DNA of 57,281 bases from Minisyncoccota bacterium (GTDB lineage Bacteria > Patescibacteriota > Minisyncoccia > Minisyncoccales > JAQTVQ01), in NCBI GenBank assembly GCA_041652155.1, contig JBAZHV010000001.1:1-57281 (forward strand), in the 5' to 3' direction. A model generated the notes under the pieces. It did no database searches, had not been told where the DNA came from, and saw nothing but the letters and a program-made list of their open reading frames with translations. The position numbers and the translations under genes are program-made. Below, piece after piece: positions 15,958 to 25,548 of the stretch. Within the stretch, counting starts at the first letter, position 1; each line of letters begins with the position of its first letter.

Positions 15958-18120
15958 ATGGAAATAGAATCTCAATACAGTCCCCAAGAAACTGAAAAAA
16001 AGATATATCAATTTTGGATGAAGAACGGTTTTTTCAAGCCGGAGAAAAGCGCCCCCAAAAAGAGCAAAGGCACATACACCGTGGTGTTGCCGCCGCCGAA
16101 CGTTACGGGCTGTTTGCACATGGGCCATACTTTGAATGTTACCATACAGGACGCTTTGATCCGCTGGAAACGGATGCAGGGGTACAAAACCCTTTGGATA
16201 CCGGGCATAGACCACGCCGGTATTGCCGCCCAAAATGTAGTGGAAAAAAATCTGCGCAAGGAAGGCGTCAGCCGTTTCGATCTGGGACGCGAAAAATTCA
16301 TCGAAAAAGTTTGGGAATGGAAACAAAAATACGGAGATATAATCCTGGACCAGTTCAAGCAGATCGGGATTTCGTGCGATTGGTCCCGCACCAGGTTCAC
16401 AATGGATAAAGACTATACCAAGGCCGTAGAAACCGCTTTTGAATATTATTACAATAAAGGGATGGTTTATCGCGGGAAAAGAGTGGTCAATTGGTGCCCC
16501 CGATGCCAGACAAGTTTATCGGAATTGGAGCTTGACCATCAGGAAGAGCAGGGAAGTTTGTGGTATATAAAATACCCTTTGGCTGATGATAAAGATCGGT
16601 ACGTGACCGTAGCGACTACCAGGCCGGAAACAATGTTCGGCGATACCGCGGTAGCAGTCAACCCCTCGGATAAAAGATACGAAAAACTCATCGGAAAAAA
16701 ACTATATATACCGATAATAAATCGGGAAATTCCGATCGTGGCCGATCAGATGATCGACCAAACCTTCGGCACCGGCGCCGTGAAGGTCACTCCGGCCCAC
16801 GATATGGCCGATGCCGAGATCGGACGCAAGCATGATCTGGAGATAATCCAAGTGATAGACGAACGCGCCAAAATGAACCAAAACGCGCCGGTCCAATATC
16901 AGGGGTTGAAAGCCGCCGAAGCGCGCCAAAAAACGATAGAAGAGCTGGCCAATCTCGGATCAATAGAAAAAATAGAACCTTACACCCATCAAATTCCAAA
17001 ATGTTCCCGTTGCAACGCCACTATCGAAAATATGCCTTCCTGGCAATGGTTCGTAAAAATGGAAGGGCCGGCAAAAAAAGCTCTTGCCGCCGTTGAAAAA
17101 GGAAAAATAAAATTCCACCCGAAGCATTGGGAAAATTTATACTTCTCTTGGATGAGGAATGTCAGAGATTGGTGCATCTCGCGCCAGATCTGGTGGGGGC
17201 ACAAGATACCGATCTGGTTCTGCCAGACCGAACCGGAAAAATATTTCCTGTCCGTCAAACCGCCGAAAAAATGCCAGATTTGCAAACACTGCCAGCCCAA
17301 ACAAACCGAAGACGTTCTTGATGTTTGGTTTTCGTCCGCCCTTTGGCCATTTGCCACTTTAGGCTGGCCGAAAAAAACAAAAGATCTAAAAACATTTTAT
17401 CCAACGGACAGCTTAACCACCGGTCACGATATTGTTAACCTTTGGGTCTCCAGAATGATATTTTCTTCATTGGAAATGACGGGAGCCATTCCCTTTAAAG
17501 ATATAGTCATCAATGCCATGGTCAAAACCAAAGACGGCAAAAGAATGTCAAAATCTTTGGGAACGGGTATAGACCCTCTCACGCTGATCGAAAAATACGG
17601 AGCCGATGCCACCCGTTTTGGCCTGGCCTGGCAAATAACGGAACTGCAAGATATGCGTTTTGACGAAGCCAATATCATGGCCGGCAAAAAATTTGCCAAC
17701 AAGATCTGGAACGCCGCCCGTTTCGTGGGCTGGCAGATAGGCAGCGAAAAAATAGATGTTGCCAAAGCTCCGAAGCCGATAACCGATGTGGACAAGCAAG
17801 TTCTTGCCGAACTTAAAGCGTTGGTAAGATCGACCAATGAATTTTTGAAAAATTTTGAATTCGGCAAAGCCATCCAGGACATTTATCATTTTTTCTGGCA
17901 CACCTTCTGCGACATTTATTTGGAAGCAGCCAAAAAGCAGATCAACGAGACCCAGGACAAAAAACTTCAGAGCAATACCAGAAATATTTTAATGTACGTT
18001 TTGGTGAATTCGTTGAAGATGCTTCATATCTTTATGCCTTTCGTAACCGAACAAATATATCAGCTGCTGCCGATAAAGAACAAGAAGAAAGCCTTGATAA
18101 TCGAAAACTGGCCGAAATAA
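15958..18120 (+). CDS. valS: valyl-tRNA synthetase (short form without the C-terminal coiled coil)
   Basis: PPPNVTGCLHMGHTLN (HIGH), KMSKSLGTG, an editing-domain region and the class Ia anticodon-binding domain. 720 aa. Confidence 0.9.
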   Translation: MEIESQYSPQETEKKIYQFWMKNGFFKPEKSAPKKSKGTYTVVLPPPNVTGCLHMGHTLNVTIQDALIRWKRMQGYKTLWIPGIDHAGIAAQNVVEKNLRKEGVSRFDLGREKFIEKVWEWKQKYGDIILDQFKQIGISCDWSRTRFTMDKDYTKAVETAFEYYYNKGMVYRGKRVVNWCPRCQTSLSELELDHQEEQGSLWYIKYPLADDKDRYVTVATTRPETMFGDTAVAVNPSDKRYEKLIGKKLYIPIINREIPIVADQMIDQTFGTGAVKVTPAHDMADAEIGRKHDLEIIQVIDERAKMNQNAPVQYQGLKAAEARQKTIEELANLGSIEKIEPYTHQIPKCSRCNATIENMPSWQWFVKMEGPAKKALAAVEKGKIKFHPKHWENLYFSWMRNVRDWCISRQIWWGHKIPIWFCQTEPEKYFLSVKPPKKCQICKHCQPKQTEDVLDVWFSSALWPFATLGWPKKTKDLKTFYPTDSLTTGHDIVNLWVSRMIFSSLEMTGAIPFKDIVINAMVKTKDGKRMSKSLGTGIDPLTLIEKYGADATRFGLAWQITELQDMRFDEANIMAGKKFANKIWNAARFVGWQIGSEKIDVAKAPKPITDVDKQVLAELKALVRSTNEFLKNFEFGKAIQDIYHFFWHTFCDIYLEAAKKQINETQDKKLQSNTRNILMYVLVNSLKMLHIFMPFVTEQIYQLLPIKNKKKALIIENWPK

Positions 18121-18214
18121 AAATTCAGAGCAGAACAAAAGCAAAAATCCTCCCATCAGAGGATTTTTGCTTGGCTATTATCGAATTTTCAATAATTTGG
18201 TATTATGCAGCCAT

Positions 18215-18532
18215 ATGCTGCAAACTAAAAAATTTCAAAAAAGAATAGAGGATTTCATCTGCGATAGGTGCGGGACCGTCACCAGGGGATCGGACTGCAA
18301 CCATTGTTCCAAGTGCCTTTGGTCAAAACACGTTGATATCAACCCCGGAGACCGCCAATCGACTTGCGGGGGCCTGCTGGAGCCTGTAGCGGCCGAGGTG
18401 AGGAAAAGCGGCCGGGAATACGTTATTCACTATGTATGCCAAAAATGCGGGGATAAGAGCAGGGCAAGAGCGGCAAAAGAAGACAGCTCCGAAGAGCTTA
18501 TAAAATTGATCAACAAACCGATCACGGACTGA
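18215..18532 (+). CDS. RNHCP-domain zinc-ribbon protein
   Basis: FICDRCG...GSDCNHCSKCLWSKHVD...CGG...YVCQKCG matches the RNHCP domain pattern. Start placed at the ATG at 18215. Confidence 0.6.
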   Translation: MLQTKKFQKRIEDFICDRCGTVTRGSDCNHCSKCLWSKHVDINPGDRQSTCGGLLEPVAAEVRKSGREYVIHYVCQKCGDKSRARAAKEDSSEELIKLINKPITD

Positions 18533-18674
18533 CAACTAATCCACAATTGACAAGGACGGAAAAAAGTAAGAAAGTATACCCAATATGAATCGTCCGGAAC
18601 CATTGGAAAACGCGTTCAACCAATTCGAATTCGAGAGAATGATAATTTTAAATTTCGTAAAAAAATAACAAGGA

Positions 18675-18697
18675 CTCCGCCAACGGCGGAGTTTTTT
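18675..18697 (+). terminator. intrinsic terminator 20 nt before the methyltransferase operon
   Basis: CTCCGCC AAC GGCGGAG TTTTTT. Confidence 0.7.
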
Positions 18698-18718
18698 GTT
18701 GGAGGAGATAAAGGATAT

Positions 18719-19423
18719 ATGCTTGATTCGAAATTCTGGGCAAAATATTTTAAGGTTTATGATGTTCTAAATTCGTTGATCACTTACCAAGAGCTGCTAG
18801 ACGCTATTTGCGACGAACTCGATATTAAAAAAGGTGAAAAAATATTAGAAGCTGGCTGCGGAACTGGAAATTTAGCGTTGAAAATGAAAGAACGAGGAGC
18901 CGACGTGACAGGAATAGACAATTGCCAAGAAGCTTTAGGCATCTATCTTGAAAAAGATCCGAGCGCCAAGGTATTTTTAGCCGATTTGAAAGAGAAATTA
19001 CCTTTTCCAGATAACTATTTTAATAAAATAGCGTCGAACAATACTTTATACGCTCTCTCTGGAGAAAAACAGTTAAAAACGATGGAAGAATTATATAGGA
19101 TATTAAAAAAAGAAGGACAGATATTGATTTCAAATCCGTTAAAAAATAGTCGGCCGGTCTATATCTATTTTGATGAGATAGCAAAGGGCTGTAAAAGGAA
19201 TGGGTTCATTCGAACCATGATAAGAAGTCTAAAAATGATAAAGCCAACCGTTGAATTAATCTATTATAACAGCCTGATTGTTAAAGAGGCTAAAAATGGT
19301 TATTTTAATTTTTTCGAAATAGGCGACCAAAAAAAAATGTTAGAACGCGCCAACTTTAGAAATATATCCAATAATAAAATTGTTTACTCTGGCCAGGCTG
19401 TTCTAAACAAAGCAGCGAAATAG
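18719..19423 (+). CDS. class I SAM-dependent methyltransferase
   Basis: Motif I ILEAGCGTGNLALKM, acidic loop VTGIDN and motif post-II LKKEGQILISNP. SD GGAGGAG upstream. Confidence 0.8.
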   Translation: MLDSKFWAKYFKVYDVLNSLITYQELLDAICDELDIKKGEKILEAGCGTGNLALKMKERGADVTGIDNCQEALGIYLEKDPSAKVFLADLKEKLPFPDNYFNKIASNNTLYALSGEKQLKTMEELYRILKKEGQILISNPLKNSRPVYIYFDEIAKGCKRNGFIRTMIRSLKMIKPTVELIYYNSLIVKEAKNGYFNFFEIGDQKKMLERANFRNISNNKIVYSGQAVLNKAAK

Positions 19424-19426
19424 AAT

Positions 19427-20074
19427 ATGATAGGAAAAATAAATTTACCATTTTTTATAAAATCATTCTTAATAAATCTCTTGTTATTAAGAGAACATAT
19501 AGAAATAAAAATTGCCAAAACTGAAGAAGAAAAGAATAAAGCGATATCTTTAGTTTTTGATATTTATAAAAAAGAGGGGTACATTGATTTAAATTTTTTT
19601 AACGATTTTAATGATTTCAAAGATGAATTTGACGATAATTCTGTATATTTTTTAGCATTTTTAAAAAATAATTTGATTGGAGCTCTTAGGATTATTCTCC
19701 CGTCTAAAATCGGATTTCCCTCTGAAAAATTTTTTAATTATGTAAGCTTACCGGTTGATAAAAAAGACGTAGCTGAAATATCTAGACTAGCGATATTGAA
19801 TAATCATAGAAAAAATATAATAACATTGGGATTGTTTAAAAAATGCCTTGATTATAGTAAGAATAAAGGGTTAAAATATTGGTGCATGGTTGTGCCAGAA
19901 AAACTAAAATCTCATTTTGAAAAATTTAAGATAAAATTTTATAAATTTAATCTAGACGAATCAAAAAATCAGAATCAGGAAGCCATAAGACCTCATAGAT
20001 TCTATTTCGAGAAAAACCAACCAAAACTTTATTTGATAGAGTTAAGAGAAATCGAAACATATTTTATCCTATGA
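19427..20074 (+). CDS. GNAT-fold N-acyltransferase resembling N-acyl amino acid synthases (FeeM/OlsB/LuxI-like)
   Basis: IKIAKTEEEKNKAISLVFDIYKKEGYI, GALRIILPS...FPSEKFF, AEISRLAILNNHR, and LKYWCMVVPEKLKSHFEKFKI. Layout as in Acetyltransf_5 or exosortase-associated acyltransferases. Starts 3 nt after the methyltransferase stop and has an ATGA overlap with the kinase. Confidence 0.5.
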   Translation: MIGKINLPFFIKSFLINLLLLREHIEIKIAKTEEEKNKAISLVFDIYKKEGYIDLNFFNDFNDFKDEFDDNSVYFLAFLKNNLIGALRIILPSKIGFPSEKFFNYVSLPVDKKDVAEISRLAILNNHRKNIITLGLFKKCLDYSKNKGLKYWCMVVPEKLKSHFEKFKIKFYKFNLDESKNQNQEAIRPHRFYFEKNQPKLYLIELREIETYFIL

Positions 20075-21636
20075 ATTCAATTTTTTCTTTCGATAGCTTA
20101 CTTGTTCCTATTCTAATCTTTAATTTAGGGCTGGGACTTTTTGTATATCTAACCAATAAAAGTGATCTCAAAAATAATTTATTTTTGGGATTGGCGACAG
20201 GGACGAGCCTTTGGATTGGAGGGTTATTACTTATAGGGTTGACTTCTTATGAAATCGGGGGGCGTCTTTCTTTTTCTGGGGCCTTAATTTCCGCATGGTT
20301 TTTTCTTCTTTTTACTTTCCAATTTCCAAAACCACTACACTCTGGAAAAAATAATATATTCAAAAAATTAGGATGGTTTGTGACCGTAGCTATCGTTATC
20401 CTTTCTCTACTCACACCGCTCGTTGTCAAAAAAGAATTTTCTGAAGAAACAACTTTTGGGGTTAGTGGAGAATTTGGGGTTTTATATCCGATTTGGAGCA
20501 TCTATTTTATTTTTTTAATGGGCTACGGATTGGTCAACTTGTTTAAGGAGCTGATAACTCCTAGGGAAAACAAGTTAGAAAAAAAACAGCTAAAATATTT
20601 TTTTTTAGGGGCTTCGTCGACAATTTTGATAACGGCAACGACTAATCTAATTCTTCCTTTATTTGGACTTTATCAATATTCAAAATTAGGACCGCTTGGA
20701 ACTATTTTTTTGATTTCATTTACTGGTCTTGCCATCCTTCGTTATCACCTTTTTGAAATAAAAGTTATTTTGACGGAGATTTTGGTCGCATTGATGGGCA
20801 TTACCCTGATGATTCTTATCTTCTTTATGCCCAGCGTACCTCTTAGATTATTAACCGGATCAATTTTGTTCCTGTTTTTGATCTTTGGATTTTTATTGAT
20901 CAAAGCTACCCACGAAGAAGTCAAAAGGAAGGAGGAGGCTGAAAGGCTTCTTAAGGCTAAGTCGGAATTTCTTTCCATTGCTTCACACCAATTGAGAACC
21001 CCTTTAACCGCTATAGCCGGATATATCTCAATGTTAAAAGAAGGGGACTATGGGCGGATACCGGAGGAAGGTGATAAAGCCATCAACAAGGTCTATGATT
21101 CTTCCCAAAGAATGATCAAACTGGTCAATGACTTTTTGAACGTTTCCAGGGTGGAAACGGGAAGAGTAGTCTTAAATCTATCGCGCGTATCCCTGGACGA
21201 AATTATCCTGCAAATTATTGCCGAAACCGAATTGAAAGTAAAACAAAAAGGGCTCTTCATAAAATGGAACAAGCCTTCGCTGGAACCGATAGTGAACGTT
21301 GATCCTGAAAAAATAAAAGAAGCAATAAGCAATATAGTGGACAATGCTATCCACTATACCGACCAAGGAGGGATAACTATTTCCGCTAAAATAGATCCCG
21401 TAAAAACAACTCTTATGATCTCCGACACGGGCGCTGGTATGGACCGTATTGAAATAGCTAAAATATTTGAAAGCTTTTCCCGCGGTTCCGCAGGGAACAA
21501 ACTCTACACTCAAGGGTCGGGCCTTGGACTGTACATAGCCAAAAAATTCGTCGAACTGCACGGCGGAAGAATATGGGTCGAATCGCAAGGGAAAGGCACA
21601 GGATCGGCTTTCTATATAGAATTGTCAAACAGATAA
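20071..21636 (+). CDS. sensor histidine kinase with an N-terminal 7TM sensing domain
   Basis: About 7 TM helices ending in AILRYHLFEIKVILTE. H-box SIASHQLRTPL, N-box DNAIHYT, G1 DTGAGM and G2 GSGLGLYIAK. Confidence 0.9.
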   Translation: MNSIFSFDSLLVPILIFNLGLGLFVYLTNKSDLKNNLFLGLATGTSLWIGGLLLIGLTSYEIGGRLSFSGALISAWFFLLFTFQFPKPLHSGKNNIFKKLGWFVTVAIVILSLLTPLVVKKEFSEETTFGVSGEFGVLYPIWSIYFIFLMGYGLVNLFKELITPRENKLEKKQLKYFFLGASSTILITATTNLILPLFGLYQYSKLGPLGTIFLISFTGLAILRYHLFEIKVILTEILVALMGITLMILIFFMPSVPLRLLTGSILFLFLIFGFLLIKATHEEVKRKEEAERLLKAKSEFLSIASHQLRTPLTAIAGYISMLKEGDYGRIPEEGDKAINKVYDSSQRMIKLVNDFLNVSRVETGRVVLNLSRVSLDEIILQIIAETELKVKQKGLFIKWNKPSLEPIVNVDPEKIKEAISNIVDNAIHYTDQGGITISAKIDPVKTTLMISDTGAGMDRIEIAKIFESFSRGSAGNKLYTQGSGLGLYIAKKFVELHGGRIWVESQGKGTGSAFYIELSNR

Positions 21637-21655
21637 CAATTTTCTCTGAGAAACA

Positions 21656-22681
21656 ATGGATTTTTTAACAATTTCTACCTCCATCTTCATTGTCTTCACT
21701 CTATTCATAGGATTTTCCGTCTATTTTAGCAGGAAAAACAAACTTTCACTGACTTTTCTTTTTTTCTGCTTATCAACAGTTATTTGGATGATTGGCGTTC
21801 TGTTAGCTAACACTAGCCACGCGTCTTATATCTCCGGTAATTTCGGCTTTAGATTGTCGTTCTTTGGGATTTCATTATTATCCACGATTTTCATATATTT
21901 TGTTCAGATTTTTCCGGAAGAAAAACATCTTCCCAGAACAATAAATATATTGTTTATAGGATTATTAGTTATTATAGGATCGCTATCTATTTCAACTAAT
22001 TTGATAGCAGATGAGATAACTTATCTGAACGGCGCGATAGTTGATAAAAGATATGGTCCTTTATATCCTTTTTTTTCGCTTCTTCTGCTCTCTTCGCTCG
22101 CTTTGTCTATATTTTTTTCAGCGTTTAAATATAAATCCTTGGAAAATGCGATAAAAAAACAACAAGCTAAATACTTTTTGACTGGAATTTTTTTATCATT
22201 CATGTTCACCATATCTACCAATTTAATATCTCCATTATTTAAATTGGGATCATATAAAATCCCTCAATATGGACCATTTGGCTTCATATTTTTTATAGTT
22301 TTTTCTGCTTTTGCGATTCTCAAATACCGCCTTTTTGACATCAAAGTCATTATGACTGAAATATTGGTGGTGATCATGGGAATGGTTTTACTGTTTTTCC
22401 CGTTTTTGATGCCTACAAATACTCATCGAGTGTTGGCCGTTATAGTATTTTTGGCTTTTTGTCTGATCGGCTATCTATTGGTAAGAGCGAATTTAAAAGA
22501 AGTAAAAAATAGCGAACTATTGGAAAACAAAGTGAAAGAAAGGACCGCTGAACTTTCTAAAGCCTACGAAGAACTTAAAATCAGGCAAGAAGAGATCGAG
22601 AGATGGTACAGTCTTACCATCGGGCGCGAGCTGCGCATGGCCGAATTGAAACAAAAAATAAAGGAAATAGAGAAGAAATAG
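21656..22681 (+). CDS. kinase-less 7TM sensor paralog ending in a conserved coiled coil
   Basis: Same 7TM core (AILKYRLFDIKVIMTE) as the kinase. Ends after KERTAELSKAYEELKIRQEEIERWYSLTIGRELRMAELKQKIKEIEKK with no HATPase domain. Confidence 0.75.
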   Translation: MDFLTISTSIFIVFTLFIGFSVYFSRKNKLSLTFLFFCLSTVIWMIGVLLANTSHASYISGNFGFRLSFFGISLLSTIFIYFVQIFPEEKHLPRTINILFIGLLVIIGSLSISTNLIADEITYLNGAIVDKRYGPLYPFFSLLLLSSLALSIFFSAFKYKSLENAIKKQQAKYFLTGIFLSFMFTISTNLISPLFKLGSYKIPQYGPFGFIFFIVFSAFAILKYRLFDIKVIMTEILVVIMGMVLLFFPFLMPTNTHRVLAVIVFLAFCLIGYLLVRANLKEVKNSELLENKVKERTAELSKAYEELKIRQEEIERWYSLTIGRELRMAELKQKIKEIEKK

Positions 22682-22756
22682 CGCGCTTATCGACCGGATA
22701 TCGTTCGCGCCGAAAAATTTATGACAGCGGATAATACGCTTTTTTGATCTTTCAAA

Positions 22757-22785
22757 TTGTAAATCCGGCTGGAACATTATATAAT
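22757..22785 (+). promoter_or_regulatory. sigma-70-like promoter for lysRS
   Basis: TTGTAA, 17-nt spacer, TATAAT. Confidence 0.55.
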
Positions 22786-22824
22786 TTACTTAGCTTACGA
22801 TTAAACATCTAATAACAAAAAGAT

Positions 22825-24438
22825 ATGCAAAAATCTGAAACTGAATCGCAAAATCAGCATTGGAGCAGAGTGATAGCCGAAAAAGTACTGAAAAATTTTC
22901 CCGATAAAGAAATCTATACCTGCGCCGCGGGCATCAGCCCTTCGGGGATAGTCCATTTCGGCAATTTCCGCGATGTAATGACTTCTTTCGCTGTTTGCGA
23001 ACAGCTCAAGAAGGCCGGTAAAAAAAGCAGGCTGATATTTTCTTGGGACGATTTCGACCGTTTTAGGAAAGTGCCGCTAGGCATTGATCCGTCTTTTTCA
23101 AAGTATATCGGATTGCCTCTGACCGCTGTCCCTGATCCAAAAGGGGAGTACGAATCTTATGCCCAAAGATTCGAAAAAGAATTTGAACAATCGATGAAAG
23201 ATGCGGGCATCGAGCTCGAATACCGCTATCAAACAAGAGAATACAAATCGGGATGTTACGATAAGTTGATTATTCATGCCCTGCGGCACCGCTTGGAAAT
23301 AGCGGATATTTTGCTTTCTTTTATGTCCGAAAAAGGAAAAGAAGAAAAGGGGATAGATCCGCAAGAATTCAGAGAGAATTACTATCCGATATCGCTTTAT
23401 TCAAACTTCAGCGGAAAGGATAAGGTTAAGATCATAGGCTACGACGGCGAGAACAAGATAAAATATCAATGCTTGGAAACGGACAAAACGGAAGAGATTG
23501 ATATTACAAAAGACCATATCGTTAAGCTGGCCTGGAAGACAGACTGGCCTATGCGCTGGAGCGTGGAGCAGGTCGTTTTCGAGCCGGGGGGAGAAGACCA
23601 TGCTTCTCCGGGCGGCAGTTATGACGTTTCAAGCGCTATTTCCAAAAAAATATTCTCAAATGAGCCGCCGGTTTTTGCCGGTTATCAATTCGTAGGATTA
23701 AGAGGCCTTGATGGAAAAATGTCCGGCTCCAAAGGCAATGCGGTTTCTCCGGCCCAGCTTTTGGAAATATACGAGCCGTCGTTGTTGAGATGGCTTTACC
23801 TAAGCAAAAGCCCGGGCAGTGTTTTTAATTTGGCTTTCGACAGCGAAATCTACCGCCAATACAGCGAATTGGACGCCGAAGCGCAGGGTTGCAGAGGAGG
23901 AAGCCTTGATAATGTCAGAAAGGAGACTTTTGAATTGAGCACGAACGGAGGGGAATTTTATAATGATCCGATCCCTTTCCGCCAAGCAGTGGCGTTGGGA
24001 CAGATCACGCAGTGGAATATCCAAAAAATGCAAAAATTATTGGAAGAGCTTAAACTGAATTACGATGAAAATTCGGTAATATCACGCTTCGCGAAAGCTC
24101 GCAGATGGCTGGAGGCATATAATCCCGAACAAATGATAGCCTTGAGAAGCGAAATTAACGAAGAATATCTAAAGCAAATGCCTCCCGAAACTGTTGGCCA
24201 TATCCGTTCGCTGAAAAAAGAATTGGAAACAGAAATAACTTCGATCGAAAAGCTGGAAGAAATAGTCTACGGTATTCCTAAAAATCTTTCACTTGGCCCA
24301 AAAGAAAATTCAGCTCTGCAGAAATCTTTCTTTAAAGATGTTTACAATATGCTTATCGGCAAAGACCAAGGCCCCCGTTTGGCAACTTTTTTATGGGCAA
24401 GCGACAAAAAAACAATATTAAAACTTTTGGATGTTTAG
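22825..24438 (+). CDS. lysK: lysyl-tRNA synthetase, class I
   Basis: GISPSGIVHFGNFRDV (class I LysRS HIGH region) and KMSGSKGN. Confidence 0.9.
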   Translation: MQKSETESQNQHWSRVIAEKVLKNFPDKEIYTCAAGISPSGIVHFGNFRDVMTSFAVCEQLKKAGKKSRLIFSWDDFDRFRKVPLGIDPSFSKYIGLPLTAVPDPKGEYESYAQRFEKEFEQSMKDAGIELEYRYQTREYKSGCYDKLIIHALRHRLEIADILLSFMSEKGKEEKGIDPQEFRENYYPISLYSNFSGKDKVKIIGYDGENKIKYQCLETDKTEEIDITKDHIVKLAWKTDWPMRWSVEQVVFEPGGEDHASPGGSYDVSSAISKKIFSNEPPVFAGYQFVGLRGLDGKMSGSKGNAVSPAQLLEIYEPSLLRWLYLSKSPGSVFNLAFDSEIYRQYSELDAEAQGCRGGSLDNVRKETFELSTNGGEFYNDPIPFRQAVALGQITQWNIQKMQKLLEELKLNYDENSVISRFAKARRWLEAYNPEQMIALRSEINEEYLKQMPPETVGHIRSLKKELETEITSIEKLEEIVYGIPKNLSLGPKENSALQKSFFKDVYNMLIGKDQGPRLATFLWASDKKTILKLLDV

Positions 24439-24489
24439 CATAATAAAAGCTGAATAAAAAGAAGAACCAGAAAAAAAGTTAAAACAATT

Positions 24490-25509
24490 ATGTCATTTTT
24501 TGCCTTCTCCGGCTTATTCAATTTTATCGTAAGTTTTTTCCTTGGAGCTTTCATTGGCGCGAGGACTAAAAACAGGGAAACTCTGATCTTCAGCCTTTGC
24601 GCTTTTTCGGTGGCTTTTTGGAGCTTCGGATATTATATGTGGCAAGAACAGCAATCTTCCGGTACGGAAGAACTGGCTTTGTCGTGGTGCAGATTTTTGA
24701 TGGCTGGAGCGATTTTCATACCGATCACTTATTTCCATTACATAGTAGCTTTTGTAAATTCGATAAAGAGGCATAAGGCGTATATCTTAACTTTTTATCT
24801 TATCGGCTTGGTTTTTTTATATTTTGATATTTTTACGAATTATTTCATATCCGGAATGGAGCAGCAGGCGATGTTTAGATTTTGGCCGATGGCCGGACCG
24901 TTGTTCTTGCCGTTTCTTATCACTTGGTTCGGATCTATATGCTATGGAGGGTATTTGGCTCTTGGCTATTACAGAAAAACAGATTCCAAAGAAAAAAAGG
25001 AGCAAATCAAGTTTTTAATATTGGGCACGATCATCAGCTATGCCGGAGGAGCGACAAATTATTTTTTGTGGTACGGCATCCCGATATTGCCATACGGCAA
25101 TATTTTAGTGTTCGTTTACGTCGCCATGATAGCTTTTGCCATCCTTAGATACGGCTTGTTCGATGCCAAGATGATTTTGACCGAATTTTTGGTGGGAGTT
25201 ATGGGCTTTGCCCTGATAATCCTCCCGATCGTGATCCCTGAAACGAAATTCAAGATCGCGACCGCTCTCATGTTCGCCTTTTTTTGCTTTATCGGATATA
25301 TGCTGATAAAAACCACTTCCAGAGAGATAAAAGCCAAAGAGCATCTTGAAGAAAGAGTTGCGGAGAGGACTCAAGAATTGCAAACGGCCTATGAAGATAT
25401 AAAAAAACAGAAAGAAGAGCTGGAGAAATGGTATAATCTGACCATCGGCAGGGAATTAAAAATGGCGGAGTTGAAGAAGAAAATAGGGGAGCTGGAGGAG
25501 AAAAAATAA
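24490..25509 (+). CDS. kinase-less 7TM sensor paralog ending in a conserved coiled coil
   Basis: 7TM core AILRYGLFDAKMILTE. C-terminus AERTQELQTAYEDIKKQKEELEKWYNLTIGRELKMAELKKKIGELEEKK. Confidence 0.75.
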   Translation: MSFFAFSGLFNFIVSFFLGAFIGARTKNRETLIFSLCAFSVAFWSFGYYMWQEQQSSGTEELALSWCRFLMAGAIFIPITYFHYIVAFVNSIKRHKAYILTFYLIGLVFLYFDIFTNYFISGMEQQAMFRFWPMAGPLFLPFLITWFGSICYGGYLALGYYRKTDSKEKKEQIKFLILGTIISYAGGATNYFLWYGIPILPYGNILVFVYVAMIAFAILRYGLFDAKMILTEFLVGVMGFALIILPIVIPETKFKIATALMFAFFCFIGYMLIKTTSREIKAKEHLEERVAERTQELQTAYEDIKKQKEELEKWYNLTIGRELKMAELKKKIGELEEKK

Positions 25510-25524
25510 CTAAAAATTTATGGA

Positions 25525-25548
25525 AAACGGGCTTTTTGCCCGTTTGTT
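25525..25548 (+). terminator. intrinsic terminator
   Basis: AAACGGGC TTTTT GCCCGTTT, then GTT. Confidence 0.6.

Noticed and set aside
18585-18668. 27-codon ORF (MNRPEPLENAFNQFEFERMIILNFVKK) as a precursor peptide for the downstream methyltransferase/GNAT
   Set aside because: It has no Shine-Dalgarno site and no Cys/Ser/Thr-rich core, and a terminator separates it from the operon. It may equally be the 3-prime UTR of the RNHCP gene. It is mentioned only as context.
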